The position numbers and the translations under genes were made by a program. A DNA stretch of 46,115 nt. Source: Clostridia bacterium. GTDB taxonomy: Bacteria > Bacillota > Clostridia > Christensenellales > UBA3700. Location: positions 1 to 46,115 of the forward strand of contig JAEEWC010000051.1 of the NCBI GenBank assembly GCA_016287155.1. Direction: 5' to 3'. This document shows, piece by piece, positions 1 to 9,500 of this stretch (within the stretch, counting starts at the first letter, position 1; each line of letters starts with the position of its first letter). The notes beneath the pieces are model-generated. The model did no database searches. It was not told the DNA's origin and saw nothing but the letters and a program-made list of their open reading frames with translations.

Positions 1-49
1 GGCCAGAGCCAATGATTAAAATCTTTTTAATATCCTTTCTTTTTGCCAT
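1..49 (-). CDS. carB: Carbamoyl-phosphate synthase large subunit, 5' end only (runs off the window)
   Basis: Minus strand from ATG at 49 reads MAKRKDIKKILIIGSG, the canonical CarB N-terminus. AGGAGG SD upstream; follows pyrC. Confidence 0.9.
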   Translation of the reverse strand, partial: MAKRKDIKKILIIGSG

Positions 50-81
50 ATTAGTAGCCTCCTGAGCAAAAATTTATTTTT

Positions 82-1281
82 CTATTTTTTATATACGATA
101 TTACCTTCAAATACCGTAACTTGATTTTCACCTTTTACTTCACATCCAACAAATGGAGTTGCTTTTCCCATAGACAAGAAATCGTTTGGATCAATTTTAA
201 CGGCTTTATTTAGATCCCAAATGCTGTAATCTTGTCCAAGAGAGATGTTGAATCTATTTCTTGGATTTATAACTAAAAGGTCAATTAATTTTTCAAGTGT
301 AATAACGTTTTTTAATACTAAGTTTGTATATAGAACTTGGAAAGCATTCTCAATACCAACAATACCAAATGGACTCTTCTCAAGCCCCTTTGATTTTTCT
401 TCAGCTGAGTGTGGCGCATGATCTGTTGCGATACAATCTATTGTGCCATCTTTAATGCCCTTGATTAATGCTAATCTATCTTCAACGCTGCGAAGTGGTG
501 GATTCATTTTCCAAATACCATCTTCTTTTAGATTTGTTTCATCTAAAATAAGATAATGTGGAGCTGTCTCGCATGTTACATCTACGCCTTCAGCTTTTGC
601 CTTTCTTATAATCTCTACACTCTCTTTTGTAGATATATGACATACGTGGTATTTAGCGCCAGTTCTTTTTGCTATTTCACAATCTCTTGCAATTTGTTTA
701 TATTCAGATGCTGAGCAAATTCCTCTATGGTTATGTTCTTTTGCATATATACCATCGTGGATGTAACCACCCTTTAGGAGCTCGTTTACTTCACAGTGTG
801 CAACTATAATCTTGTCTAGCTCAACAGCCTTTTTCATAGCCTTTTCCATCATCTCGGCTCTTTGAAGACCACGTCCGTCATCAGAGAAAGCAACGACCTT
901 ATCTTTAAGTCCATCCATATCTGATAACTCTTCACCTTTTTCACCAACAGTGATTGCACCATAAGGTAGAACATCAATGATAGCATCTCTATCTATAATG
1001 TCTTGTTGAATCTTTAAATTTTCAATTGAATCTGGAACTGGATTTAAATTAGGCATTGTGCAAACTGCTGTGTATCCACCATGAGCTGCAGCCATTGCTC
1101 CCGTCTTAATTGTTTCCTTATATGAAAAACCTGGCTCTCTGAAATGAACATGCACATCACAAAAGCCAGGTAAAATTGTATATTGATTAGTGTTAAAATC
1201 TTTAAGCGCTTCATTACTCAAAAAATTATCTAAAATAATTTTTGCGTGAGATTCTGGTATACAGAAATTAGCTTTAATCAT
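82..1281 (-). CDS. pyrC: Dihydroorotase (amidohydrolase superfamily)
   Basis: PGFCDVHVHFREPG, GGYTAVCTMPN, HVCHIST, KMNPPLR and IATDHAPH motifs. AAGGAG SD; next to carB and a PyrR site. Confidence 0.95.
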   Translation of the reverse strand: MIKANFCIPESHAKIILDNFLSNEALKDFNTNQYTILPGFCDVHVHFREPGFSYKETIKTGAMAAAHGGYTAVCTMPNLNPVPDSIENLKIQQDIIDRDAIIDVLPYGAITVGEKGEELSDMDGLKDKVVAFSDDGRGLQRAEMMEKAMKKAVELDKIIVAHCEVNELLKGGYIHDGIYAKEHNHRGICSASEYKQIARDCEIAKRTGAKYHVCHISTKESVEIIRKAKAEGVDVTCETAPHYLILDETNLKEDGIWKMNPPLRSVEDRLALIKGIKDGTIDCIATDHAPHSAEEKSKGLEKSPFGIVGIENAFQVLYTNLVLKNVITLEKLIDLLVINPRNRFNISLGQDYSIWDLNKAVKIDPNDFLSMGKATPFVGCEVKGENQVTVFEGNIVYKK

Positions 1282-1314
1282 CCTTTGACTCCTTTTGGCA
1301 TCACAGTACCATTT

Positions 1315-1410
1315 AAAGAAAAATAAGTCTCATCTGTGCGACAAGACTTATACTAATTCAAGTATTAATATATTATTACCTTGTCGACTTCTCTGAATCA
1401 ACTTAAAGAT
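1315..1410 (-). promoter_or_regulatory. PyrR-binding attenuator (binding loop, antiterminator, terminator)
   Basis: Minus strand CTTTAAGTTGATT-CAGAGA-AGTCGACAAGG (1409-1379) matches the PyrR loop. Terminator TAAGTCTTGTC...GATGAGACTTA-TTTTT follows (1350-1319). CGACAAG is complementary to CTTGTCG in the terminator 5' arm. Confidence 0.85.
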
Positions 1411-1424
1411 TTATCTTTGGTTGT

Positions 1425-1452
1425 ATTGTAGCATACTTTTTAATATATACAA
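1425..1452 (-). promoter_or_regulatory. Putative sigma-A promoter for pyrC
   Basis: TTGTAT-N16-TACAAT with extended TG (TGcTACAAT), just upstream of the PyrR loop. Confidence 0.55.
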
Positions 1453-1507
1453 AATGATTTTTAATAAATATTAATTATTCAATTAAATTGTATATATGCA
1501 AGATAAA

Positions 1508-3454
1508 TTATTTATTTATGATACTAAATAATGTCGCTTCATCTATTATTTCAATTCCAAGTTTTTGAGCCTTTTGAAGTTTTGAGCCAGCATCCTCTCC
1601 AGCAACAACTAAATTAACAGCTTTTGAAATGCTATCTGCACATTGACCACCGTTTTGTTCTATTAATTCTTTTGCTTGAGAACGCTTAAGTGTTGGAAGT
1701 GAGCCAGTTAAAACTACTACCTTGCCAGTAAGCACTCCTTCAACTTCTTGCTTTTCTTCAATTTGAACGCCAAGAGCTAATAATCTATCTACCTTTTCAT
1801 TATTCTTTTCATTTTGCCAAAAAGCAATATAGCCATCAGCCATGATTTCACCAAAATCATCAAGGGCTAATAAATCTTCTTTTGTAGCCTTTCTTGCAGC
1901 ATCTAAAGTTTTAAATCTATATGCTAATTGCTTTGCAGCCTTTTTACCAATATTTGGAATGCCTATTGCAAATAGAACTTTATCTAGTGTTGTTTGACGA
2001 GAATCATCAATAGCTTTAATAACGTTAGATATCTTTTTCTCTTTGAATGAATCAAGCCCTTCTAGATCCTCTTCTTTTAGAGCATATATATCTGCGTAAG
2101 ATTGAATCTTTCCTTCTTCGTATAGAAGCTCTAGCGTCTTTTCAGATAACCCTTCTATATCCATTGCTTCTCTAGATACAAAGTGAGACATTTGAGAAAT
2201 AATAGCTGGAGCACATTCTTTGTTTGTGCATTTAATAAATACTCCTTGTACTTCAACTGGAGAGCCACAAGCTGGACAAACTGAAGGTGGTATAACATCA
2301 ATAGAATTTTCTGTATGCTCTGCAATACCAGTAATTTCTGGTATTACATCGTTTGATCTACGAATAAATACACGAGAATTTATCTTTATATCTTTTCTCT
2401 TAATTTCTGAAATGTTAGATAGAGTAGCACGAGAAACAGTAACACCTGCTAAATCTACTGGATCTAAAACCGCAATTGGATTTAATTTACCTGTTCTAGA
2501 TACTTGCCATAAAACATCACGAAGAGTTGTTGTTACTTCTTCTGCTGGAAATTTAAATGCTATTGCCCATTTTGGGAATTTTTCTGTAAAGCCATAACTA
2601 TCTCTTAGTGCTGTATCATTAATTTTAATAACAGCTCCATCGATAAGAAAATCTAGATTAGGACGAACTGATAAGATATCGTCTAAGCCTTTTATGATGT
2701 CGTCTTTGTTATCGATTAATCTATAGAAAGGAGATGTTTTAAATTTTTGCTCTTTTAAAAAGCTTATCATCTCTTCGCCAGTTTTGAATTCTTTTCCTTC
2801 AATATAATTTACGTTATAGCAAATAACTTCAAGTTTTTTCTCAGCAGTTACTTTTGGATCTAAATTACGAATAGCACCAGCTACACCATTTCTTGCATTC
2901 TTAATTGGTGTTACACCTTCACGCTCGTTATATTTCTTTAATTCAGATAAAAGCATAATGCCTTCACCTTGAACTTCAACAGTATCTTTGTATTCAATAG
3001 ATAGAGGTACACAACGAATTGTTTTAACTTGCTCTGTTACATCTTCGCCTTCAATACCATTACCACGAGTGGCTGCTCTTACTAATTTACCATTTTCGTA
3101 AAGAAGGTTAATTGTTAGACCATCAAATTTATATTCAAGTGAACATAGTGGCATTTTATTGCGATTTGCTGCAATTAGTTTATCTAGCCAAGCTATCATG
3201 GCTTCCTTTGTTTGACACTTATCTAAAGAATATAGTCTACCTAAATGCTTTACTGTTTGGAATTTCTTTAAAACTACATCGCCAACACGCTTTGTAGGAG
3301 AATTGTCTAGAACTACGCCCGTTTGCTTTTCTAAAGCTAGTAATTCATCATATAACCTATCATATTCAACGTCAGATACCGTTGGGTTATCCAATGTGTA
3401 ATATTGGTAAGCATATTCGTTTAATTTTTCTACTAGTTCATGCATTCTATCCAT
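1508..3454 (-). CDS. ligA: NAD-dependent DNA ligase
   Basis: EYKFDG adenylation motif, ATRGNG, DGAVIK, PKWAIAFKF, CPACGS Zn finger, HhH repeats and C-terminal BRCT (VVAGEDAGSKLQKA). Confidence 0.97.
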   Translation of the reverse strand: MDRMHELVEKLNEYAYQYYTLDNPTVSDVEYDRLYDELLALEKQTGVVLDNSPTKRVGDVVLKKFQTVKHLGRLYSLDKCQTKEAMIAWLDKLIAANRNKMPLCSLEYKFDGLTINLLYENGKLVRAATRGNGIEGEDVTEQVKTIRCVPLSIEYKDTVEVQGEGIMLLSELKKYNEREGVTPIKNARNGVAGAIRNLDPKVTAEKKLEVICYNVNYIEGKEFKTGEEMISFLKEQKFKTSPFYRLIDNKDDIIKGLDDILSVRPNLDFLIDGAVIKINDTALRDSYGFTEKFPKWAIAFKFPAEEVTTTLRDVLWQVSRTGKLNPIAVLDPVDLAGVTVSRATLSNISEIKRKDIKINSRVFIRRSNDVIPEITGIAEHTENSIDVIPPSVCPACGSPVEVQGVFIKCTNKECAPAIISQMSHFVSREAMDIEGLSEKTLELLYEEGKIQSYADIYALKEEDLEGLDSFKEKKISNVIKAIDDSRQTTLDKVLFAIGIPNIGKKAAKQLAYRFKTLDAARKATKEDLLALDDFGEIMADGYIAFWQNEKNNEKVDRLLALGVQIEEKQEVEGVLTGKVVVLTGSLPTLKRSQAKELIEQNGGQCADSISKAVNLVVAGEDAGSKLQKAQKLGIEIIDEATLFSIINK

Positions 3455-3466
3455 AATTCACCTATA

Positions 3467-5662
3467 TTATTTTACAACAGAAATAGGAGCTAAGCGAAGA
3501 TTAAATTTCTTAACGCCAAGTCCTTCAAATTTAATATCTGCGTTTTCCCCTGTTATTGCCAAGATTTCACCCTTTCCAAATTTAGTATGTTCAACTATTT
3601 GACCAACCCTAAATTGTGTTAAATCTTTATCCGAAACTGGCTTTATTTCTTTCTTTTCGGCAAAAGATGGTGTTGGTTTTGAAGCGAATGTTGATGTATA
3701 GCCATAAGATAATTTCTTCTTTGGATAAGATACATCGTCATCATCATATGTTGGGGTCTTTAACATATCTGCTTCTTTTAAGAATATTGATGGCGTTGTG
3801 AAATTCTTTTGGCCAAAACGATATCTTTGTTGTGCTTGAGTTAGATATAGTCTCTCTTTTGCACGAGTTATCGCTACATACATAATTCTTCTTTCTTCTT
3901 CAATTTCATCAGTTGTTGTATCCATACGTCTTATTGGGAAGATGCCATCCTCCAACCCAACTACAAAAACACATCTAAACTCTAATCCTTTAACACCATG
4001 AACGGTAGCGATTGTTAAAACATTGCCACCTAGCTTTTCTTGATCATCTTCAGAAGTTTGAAGTGTTACTGATTGCAAGAATTCGTCAAGTGTTGATTCA
4101 GGATTATCTTTAATGAAATTTTTAATAACTGTAATTAATTCAGATAAGTTATCTAATCTATCTTTATCTTCTTCTACATCAACATCATACATTGATGCAA
4201 AGTCGATTGTTTCATATACATAATCTATAAAGGAATCTAAATCCATTAAATCCCTTTTTGCATATAGATCATTAACTATTGCTGCAAAGTTCATAAGCTT
4301 GTTCTTTGTAACAGTAGTTAAATCTAATTTAGATAAATCTTGTAGACCGTCAAATAAGGTTATTTTTTTAGCATCGCAAGCTTCTTTGAACTTTTCGATA
4401 GCACTATCCCCGATTCCTCTTTTTGGAACGTTTATAACGCGAAGAATACTTTCCGAATCTTTAGGGTTAGTAACAATCTTTAAATATGCAAGAAAATCTT
4501 TTATTTCTTTTCTTTCATAGAATTTATGTCCACCAATTAAACGATATGGGATATTGTATAGATTACATTTTTCTTCAAAAGGTCTTGTTATTGATGATGT
4601 ACGAACTAGGATTGCAAAGTCCTTATCTTCATAATCCGAATTACGCTTAAGCATATTTATTTGAGATAGAACATAGTCAGCTTCTTCTAGCTCATCCCAT
4701 GCTTTTTTATATTCAACTTTAACGCCACCTTCTTTGTCCGTCCAAAGTTCTTTGCCCATTCTTTCTTTGTTGTTACGAATGACTTTATTAGCAACATCCA
4801 AAATTTGCTTTGTGGATCTATAGTTCCTATCTAGTTTGAAGATTTTACATCCTGGGAAATTCTCGACAAACTTTTTAATGTTTGTATAGTCGGCGCCACG
4901 CCATCCGTATATTGATTGATCGTCATCGCCTACTACAAATACGTTTGCGTATTTATATCCCAAAAGACGAAGTATCATATATTGAATCTTGTTTGTATCT
5001 TGAAATTCATCGACATGTATGTATTTATATCTTTCTTGATACTTCTCAAGAATGTCTTTTCTTTCAGCAAATAGCTTTAGAACTAAAAGCAATAAATCGT
5101 CAAAATCTAAAGCATTATTTCTAATTAATTCATCTTGATAATCTTGATATGCTTTTATGATTAATTGCCATCTCGGAATGCCTCTAATTTTAGATGCATA
5201 AGATTGAGGGTCAAAGCCATAGTTTTTGGCATAAGATATATGGCTTCTTATTTCTTTTATAATATTTTTCTTATCGTCATCAAGATTGTAGGCTTTTACT
5301 AACCTTGTAACAATCTTTGTTGAATCTTCATCATCATAGATTGAAAAGTTCTTTGTGTATACACCAAGTGCTTCAATATCTTGACGCAACACCTTTGTAC
5401 AGAATGAGTGGAATGTAGATATTTGTGCGCCACGAATACCAGTTACATTTTCTATTCTATCTTGCATTTCTTTAGCTGCTTTATTTGTGAATGTAATAGC
5501 TAAAATGCTATATGGAGATACTCCCTTTTCAATTAAATTAGCAATACGGTATGTCAAGACTCTTGTCTTGCCAGAACCAGCCCCTGCTAATACTAATACA
5601 GGGCCCTCTAGTGCATATACTGGTTTTAATTGCTGTTCATTTAATAAAGATTCGTAATCCAT
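3467..5662 (-). CDS. pcrA: UvrD/PcrA superfamily 1 DNA helicase
   Basis: AGAGSGKT, TFTNKAA, VDEFQDTN, VGDDDQSIYGWRGA, NYRS, KGLEF, EEERR.YVAITRA and a C-terminal Tudor-like domain; pcrA-ligA order is typical of Bacillota. Confidence 0.95.
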   Translation of the reverse strand: MDYESLLNEQQLKPVYALEGPVLVLAGAGSGKTRVLTYRIANLIEKGVSPYSILAITFTNKAAKEMQDRIENVTGIRGAQISTFHSFCTKVLRQDIEALGVYTKNFSIYDDEDSTKIVTRLVKAYNLDDDKKNIIKEIRSHISYAKNYGFDPQSYASKIRGIPRWQLIIKAYQDYQDELIRNNALDFDDLLLLVLKLFAERKDILEKYQERYKYIHVDEFQDTNKIQYMILRLLGYKYANVFVVGDDDQSIYGWRGADYTNIKKFVENFPGCKIFKLDRNYRSTKQILDVANKVIRNNKERMGKELWTDKEGGVKVEYKKAWDELEEADYVLSQINMLKRNSDYEDKDFAILVRTSSITRPFEEKCNLYNIPYRLIGGHKFYERKEIKDFLAYLKIVTNPKDSESILRVINVPKRGIGDSAIEKFKEACDAKKITLFDGLQDLSKLDLTTVTKNKLMNFAAIVNDLYAKRDLMDLDSFIDYVYETIDFASMYDVDVEEDKDRLDNLSELITVIKNFIKDNPESTLDEFLQSVTLQTSEDDQEKLGGNVLTIATVHGVKGLEFRCVFVVGLEDGIFPIRRMDTTTDEIEEERRIMYVAITRAKERLYLTQAQQRYRFGQKNFTTPSIFLKEADMLKTPTYDDDDVSYPKKKLSYGYTSTFASKPTPSFAEKKEIKPVSDKDLTQFRVGQIVEHTKFGKGEILAITGENADIKFEGLGVKKFNLRLAPISVVK

Positions 5663-5677
5663 GGGATTATTATATCA
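5663..5677 (-). promoter_or_regulatory. Extended -10 promoter, likely leaderless pcrA transcript
   Basis: TGaTATAAT followed by AATCCC and then the ATG; no SD. Confidence 0.6.
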
Positions 5678-5708
5678 TAGATATAAGGATTTGAAATACG
5701 AAATATCT

Positions 5709-6554
5709 TTATTTCTCGTATTTTGGCTTAACTCTTTGCTCTAGCATTAAAGAGAATGCTGTTTGATGATCCTTTCTCTTACCATTATTTAAAGTAGCCA
5801 TTAAATCCATATCTTCTTTTGATAAAGTAAAATCAAAGATAGATATGTTTTCTATAATATGCTTTTCTGAACTGGATCCAGGGATTACTATAAAGCCCAT
5901 TTGTGTATGCCACTTTGTTACGATTTGACCTGGAGTTTTATTGTACTTCTTTGCTAGTGTTTGAACTTGATTACTATTTAATAATTCAAGTGTTCTCCCT
6001 CTACCACATAGTGGAGCCCAAGACATTAACTTAATGTCTTTAGCATCAAGAGTTTCTCTTAACTTTTCTTGTGGAAAGAATGGATGACATTCTACTTGGT
6101 TAACTTGTGGTAGGATATCAAATTCTTTTAATAGTGCTTCCATATATCTTCCTTCAAAATTAGAAACACCTATACTTCTAACAATACCTTTCTTATAAGC
6201 ATCAAGGATTAATCTATATACTTCTCTCCACTTTGGAGTTGGTCTATGAACAAATAGTAAATCTATATAATCTACACCTAATCTATCTAATGTATTTTGA
6301 ACTGCATTAGGATTATTATATTCAGAAGCCCAAATCTTTGTAGAGAGGAATAAATCTTCTCTTTTAATGCCACTATCTTTAATAGCTCTACCTACTGCTT
6401 TTTCGTTTCCATAGATATTAGCTGTATCTAGCATCTTATACCCATTTTTAAGTGCGATAAAAACGCTATTATATGCATCGTTTGGTTCTAATCTAAATGT
6501 GCCTAAACCTACATTTGGCATCTTAATACCATTGTTTAAAATCAGTTCTTCCAT
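5709..6554 (-). CDS. Aldo/keto reductase (2,5-DKG reductase-like)
   Basis: GLGTF, LDTANIYGNE, STK, DLLFVH, IGVSNF, NQVECHP motifs. Start at ATG 6554 (GGAG SD) preferred; ATG 6566 abuts the upstream stop. Confidence 0.9.
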   Translation of the reverse strand: MEELILNNGIKMPNVGLGTFRLEPNDAYNSVFIALKNGYKMLDTANIYGNEKAVGRAIKDSGIKREDLFLSTKIWASEYNNPNAVQNTLDRLGVDYIDLLFVHRPTPKWREVYRLILDAYKKGIVRSIGVSNFEGRYMEALLKEFDILPQVNQVECHPFFPQEKLRETLDAKDIKLMSWAPLCGRGRTLELLNSNQVQTLAKKYNKTPGQIVTKWHTQMGFIVIPGSSSEKHIIENISIFDFTLSKEDMDLMATLNNGKRKDHQTAFSLMLEQRVKPKYEK

Positions 6555-6566
6555 AGTTAACTCCAT

Positions 6567-9500
6567 TTATGATTCGCGCTTTTTAGCTTTCTTGCTTTTT
6601 ACTTTCTTAACAATTAATACTACTATTCCAGCAATGGCGCCTGCGATTAGTATACAAATCACAACAAATGCTGCTGTATTATCTTCTGCATATTCTTTTA
6701 ATTCATCCGAAATATATTGAGCCGTAACCTTATTGTTTGTATTCCAGTTTCCATGCCAGTTAGCGTCGCTTAAACCTGTAGGCATTTTTATTGCAGTTAT
6801 ATTCTCATCAAACGCCTTTCGGCCTACGTATTGCAAGTCTTTATTTAATTCAACTTTAGAAAGATTTTTACAACCCATAAATGCTTTGTTATCGATTGTC
6901 TTTAGTGTTGATGGGAATTGCACCATTTTTAAATTATAGCAATTATAAAAAGCCTTTTCTCCAATCGTCTCCAATCCTTCATTAAAAATAATACTCGTTA
7001 ATGTACTATTATCTTGGAACAATGCTTCATCAATCTTTTTTAAACTACCTTTGATTGTGAAGTTTGTTATATATAAATTGCTTATATAATCTCTTGTTAA
7101 TGACGTTGCATCTATTACTTTCAATTCATTTATATACCAGCCTGATGTTTTAGCAAAATATTTTGAAATGTTATCATTTGAGTAATTATTTACTTTTTGA
7201 GATATAGTTAGAGTTGTTACGCTACAATTTGCAAATGCATTTTGTCCTATGTTAATAACTTTACTTAAATCTAAAGTTCTTAACGCAGTGCACCCATTAA
7301 AAGCATATTGCTCAATAGTAATATTTTGGCCCTCAATATTAATTGAACTTAATAATTTACAATTTTCAAAGCTATGGGCATAAATTGTACTCGAGTCAGC
7401 TTTGATATCTAAAGACTTAATAGCTGTAGCCGCAAACGAATACTCTTTATATTTTACACCTGCATACAACGAAACAATTTCAGTTAAATTTCCGCAGTTT
7501 TCAAATGCATGTTGAGGCACTTCTTTAAGTATATTCAAATTTACTTTTTTCAATTGAGAACAGTTTGCAAACGATCCTTCCCCAATAGTTTCAATAGTTG
7601 AATCTAAAGCGACCTCTTTTATCCCAGTAGCATTGAAAGCATTTGCTCCAATTGATTTAATACCTTCAAATTTATATTCTGTAAGATTATTACAACCATC
7701 AAAGAAGTTATCTGGAATCACTTTTTGCCCTATAGGATTGATTTTAATACTATTAGTCATCTTTCCCTGAGGCATTAAGTTTGTAATACTTTTAACCACT
7801 TCTGTATAAATGTTATATTGTGTTATTCCGCTACATCCTACAAAGATTTCTTTACCTAAATCGCTAGCATTTGAAGGAAGTGTTATTTTATTCAATCCGG
7901 TACAATCATTAAATGCATAATCACCAATTGTTTGCACAGCACTTGGAATAGAAATACTTGTTAAGCTTTTGCACCCCTTAAAAGCGGACTCGCCAATTGT
8001 TCTCACCGTATTTGGAATAGAAATACCTGTTAATGACGCACAATTAGAAAAAGCTTCTGCACATAATACGGTTGGATTATTAGTTACTTCTATTGTCTTA
8101 ACATTATTTGCAAAATATGTTCCGAATATACTTTCTATTCCATTTTCTAAAAGAGGAAGTTTAATGCTTTCTAAATTTCCAATTCCAGAAAATGCGCCTA
8201 TGCCAATTATTGTAACTATATTTGTCAAATTAATTGATTTAATTTGGCAGTTCTTAAACGCATAATCTCCAATCTTTGTAACATTTGACCCGATACTATT
8301 CAAAACTAGGCATCCACATCCATCGAATGCATGATCTCCAATGGTTTTTATACTAGAGTTAATACTATTCAAAGTAAGGCCGCTACAGCCATCAAATGCG
8401 TGCGCAGGAATAGATGTCAATCCTGAGTTTAAAGAGATACTACTTAATCCTGAACAACCCCAAAAAGCTCCCTCTCCAATACTATTCAAATATGCAATAA
8501 ACGCACCATTAGTTAGGTTTGAACATCCTTTAAATGCGTTATTGCCTACTGCATTTATAGTTCCGTTAATAGTTAGATTCTTCAAAGAAGAACAGCCTTC
8601 AAAATATGAATTTGGAATTGTTTGGGAATTTGCGTCCAATGTAATAGTAGTAATTTTTGAGACTAAGTCAGTTCCAAATATTTGCATTAAACTGTTTGCA
8701 AATACTTTAATTCTAATACTTGTAATTTTATTACATTCATAGAATGCATTTTCGCCGATATTTGTTATGGCTTCGTTTAATGCTAATTCCGAAAGATTAG
8801 AACAGCCCTTAAAAGCAGAATTAGGGATGCTTGTTAAGGAATTGCTAAACTCAACGCTTTCTAGGTTTTTACAGCCTTCAAATGCGCCTACACCTAAACT
8901 ATTTATTGTAGACAAGAATGAAAAATCCGCAATTGATGCACAACTTCTAAATGCACATTCGCCGATATTGCTTAAGTTGCTACTCAACGTAAGCGAAGAC
9001 AAATTTTCGCATCCATCAAAATAGTAATTTGGGATTGTGTTATTATTATCAGTTACAACTATAGTAGTAATTGTTTTGTATGCAGACAAGAACAAGGTTT
9101 TAATTGGATATTCCATTTTTTTAATTGTTGCATTTGCAACCTTTTCGCACCCATAAAACATTGAATCATCATATTGGGCTCCTGTCGTATTGATGCTAAC
9201 CGTAGACAAATTCGTGCAATAACTAAATGCTGCATATCCAATTGAAGTAATTGAACTTGGAATTGTAAGATTAGTTATTGCCCCACAACTAATAAAGGCG
9301 TGCGATCCAATCGATTTAATACCATCTCTTAGATTTAGCACTGATAGTGATTTGCAGTTTGAGAAAGCATTATCGCCTATATTTTGAAGTTTTGTCAAAG
9401 AATCTATTCCATTCCACTTTTGGCAATTATTAAAAGCATTTTCAGAAATGCTAACAACATTACCTATCCCCGTAATAGTAGTTAAATTTTTACATCCTGC

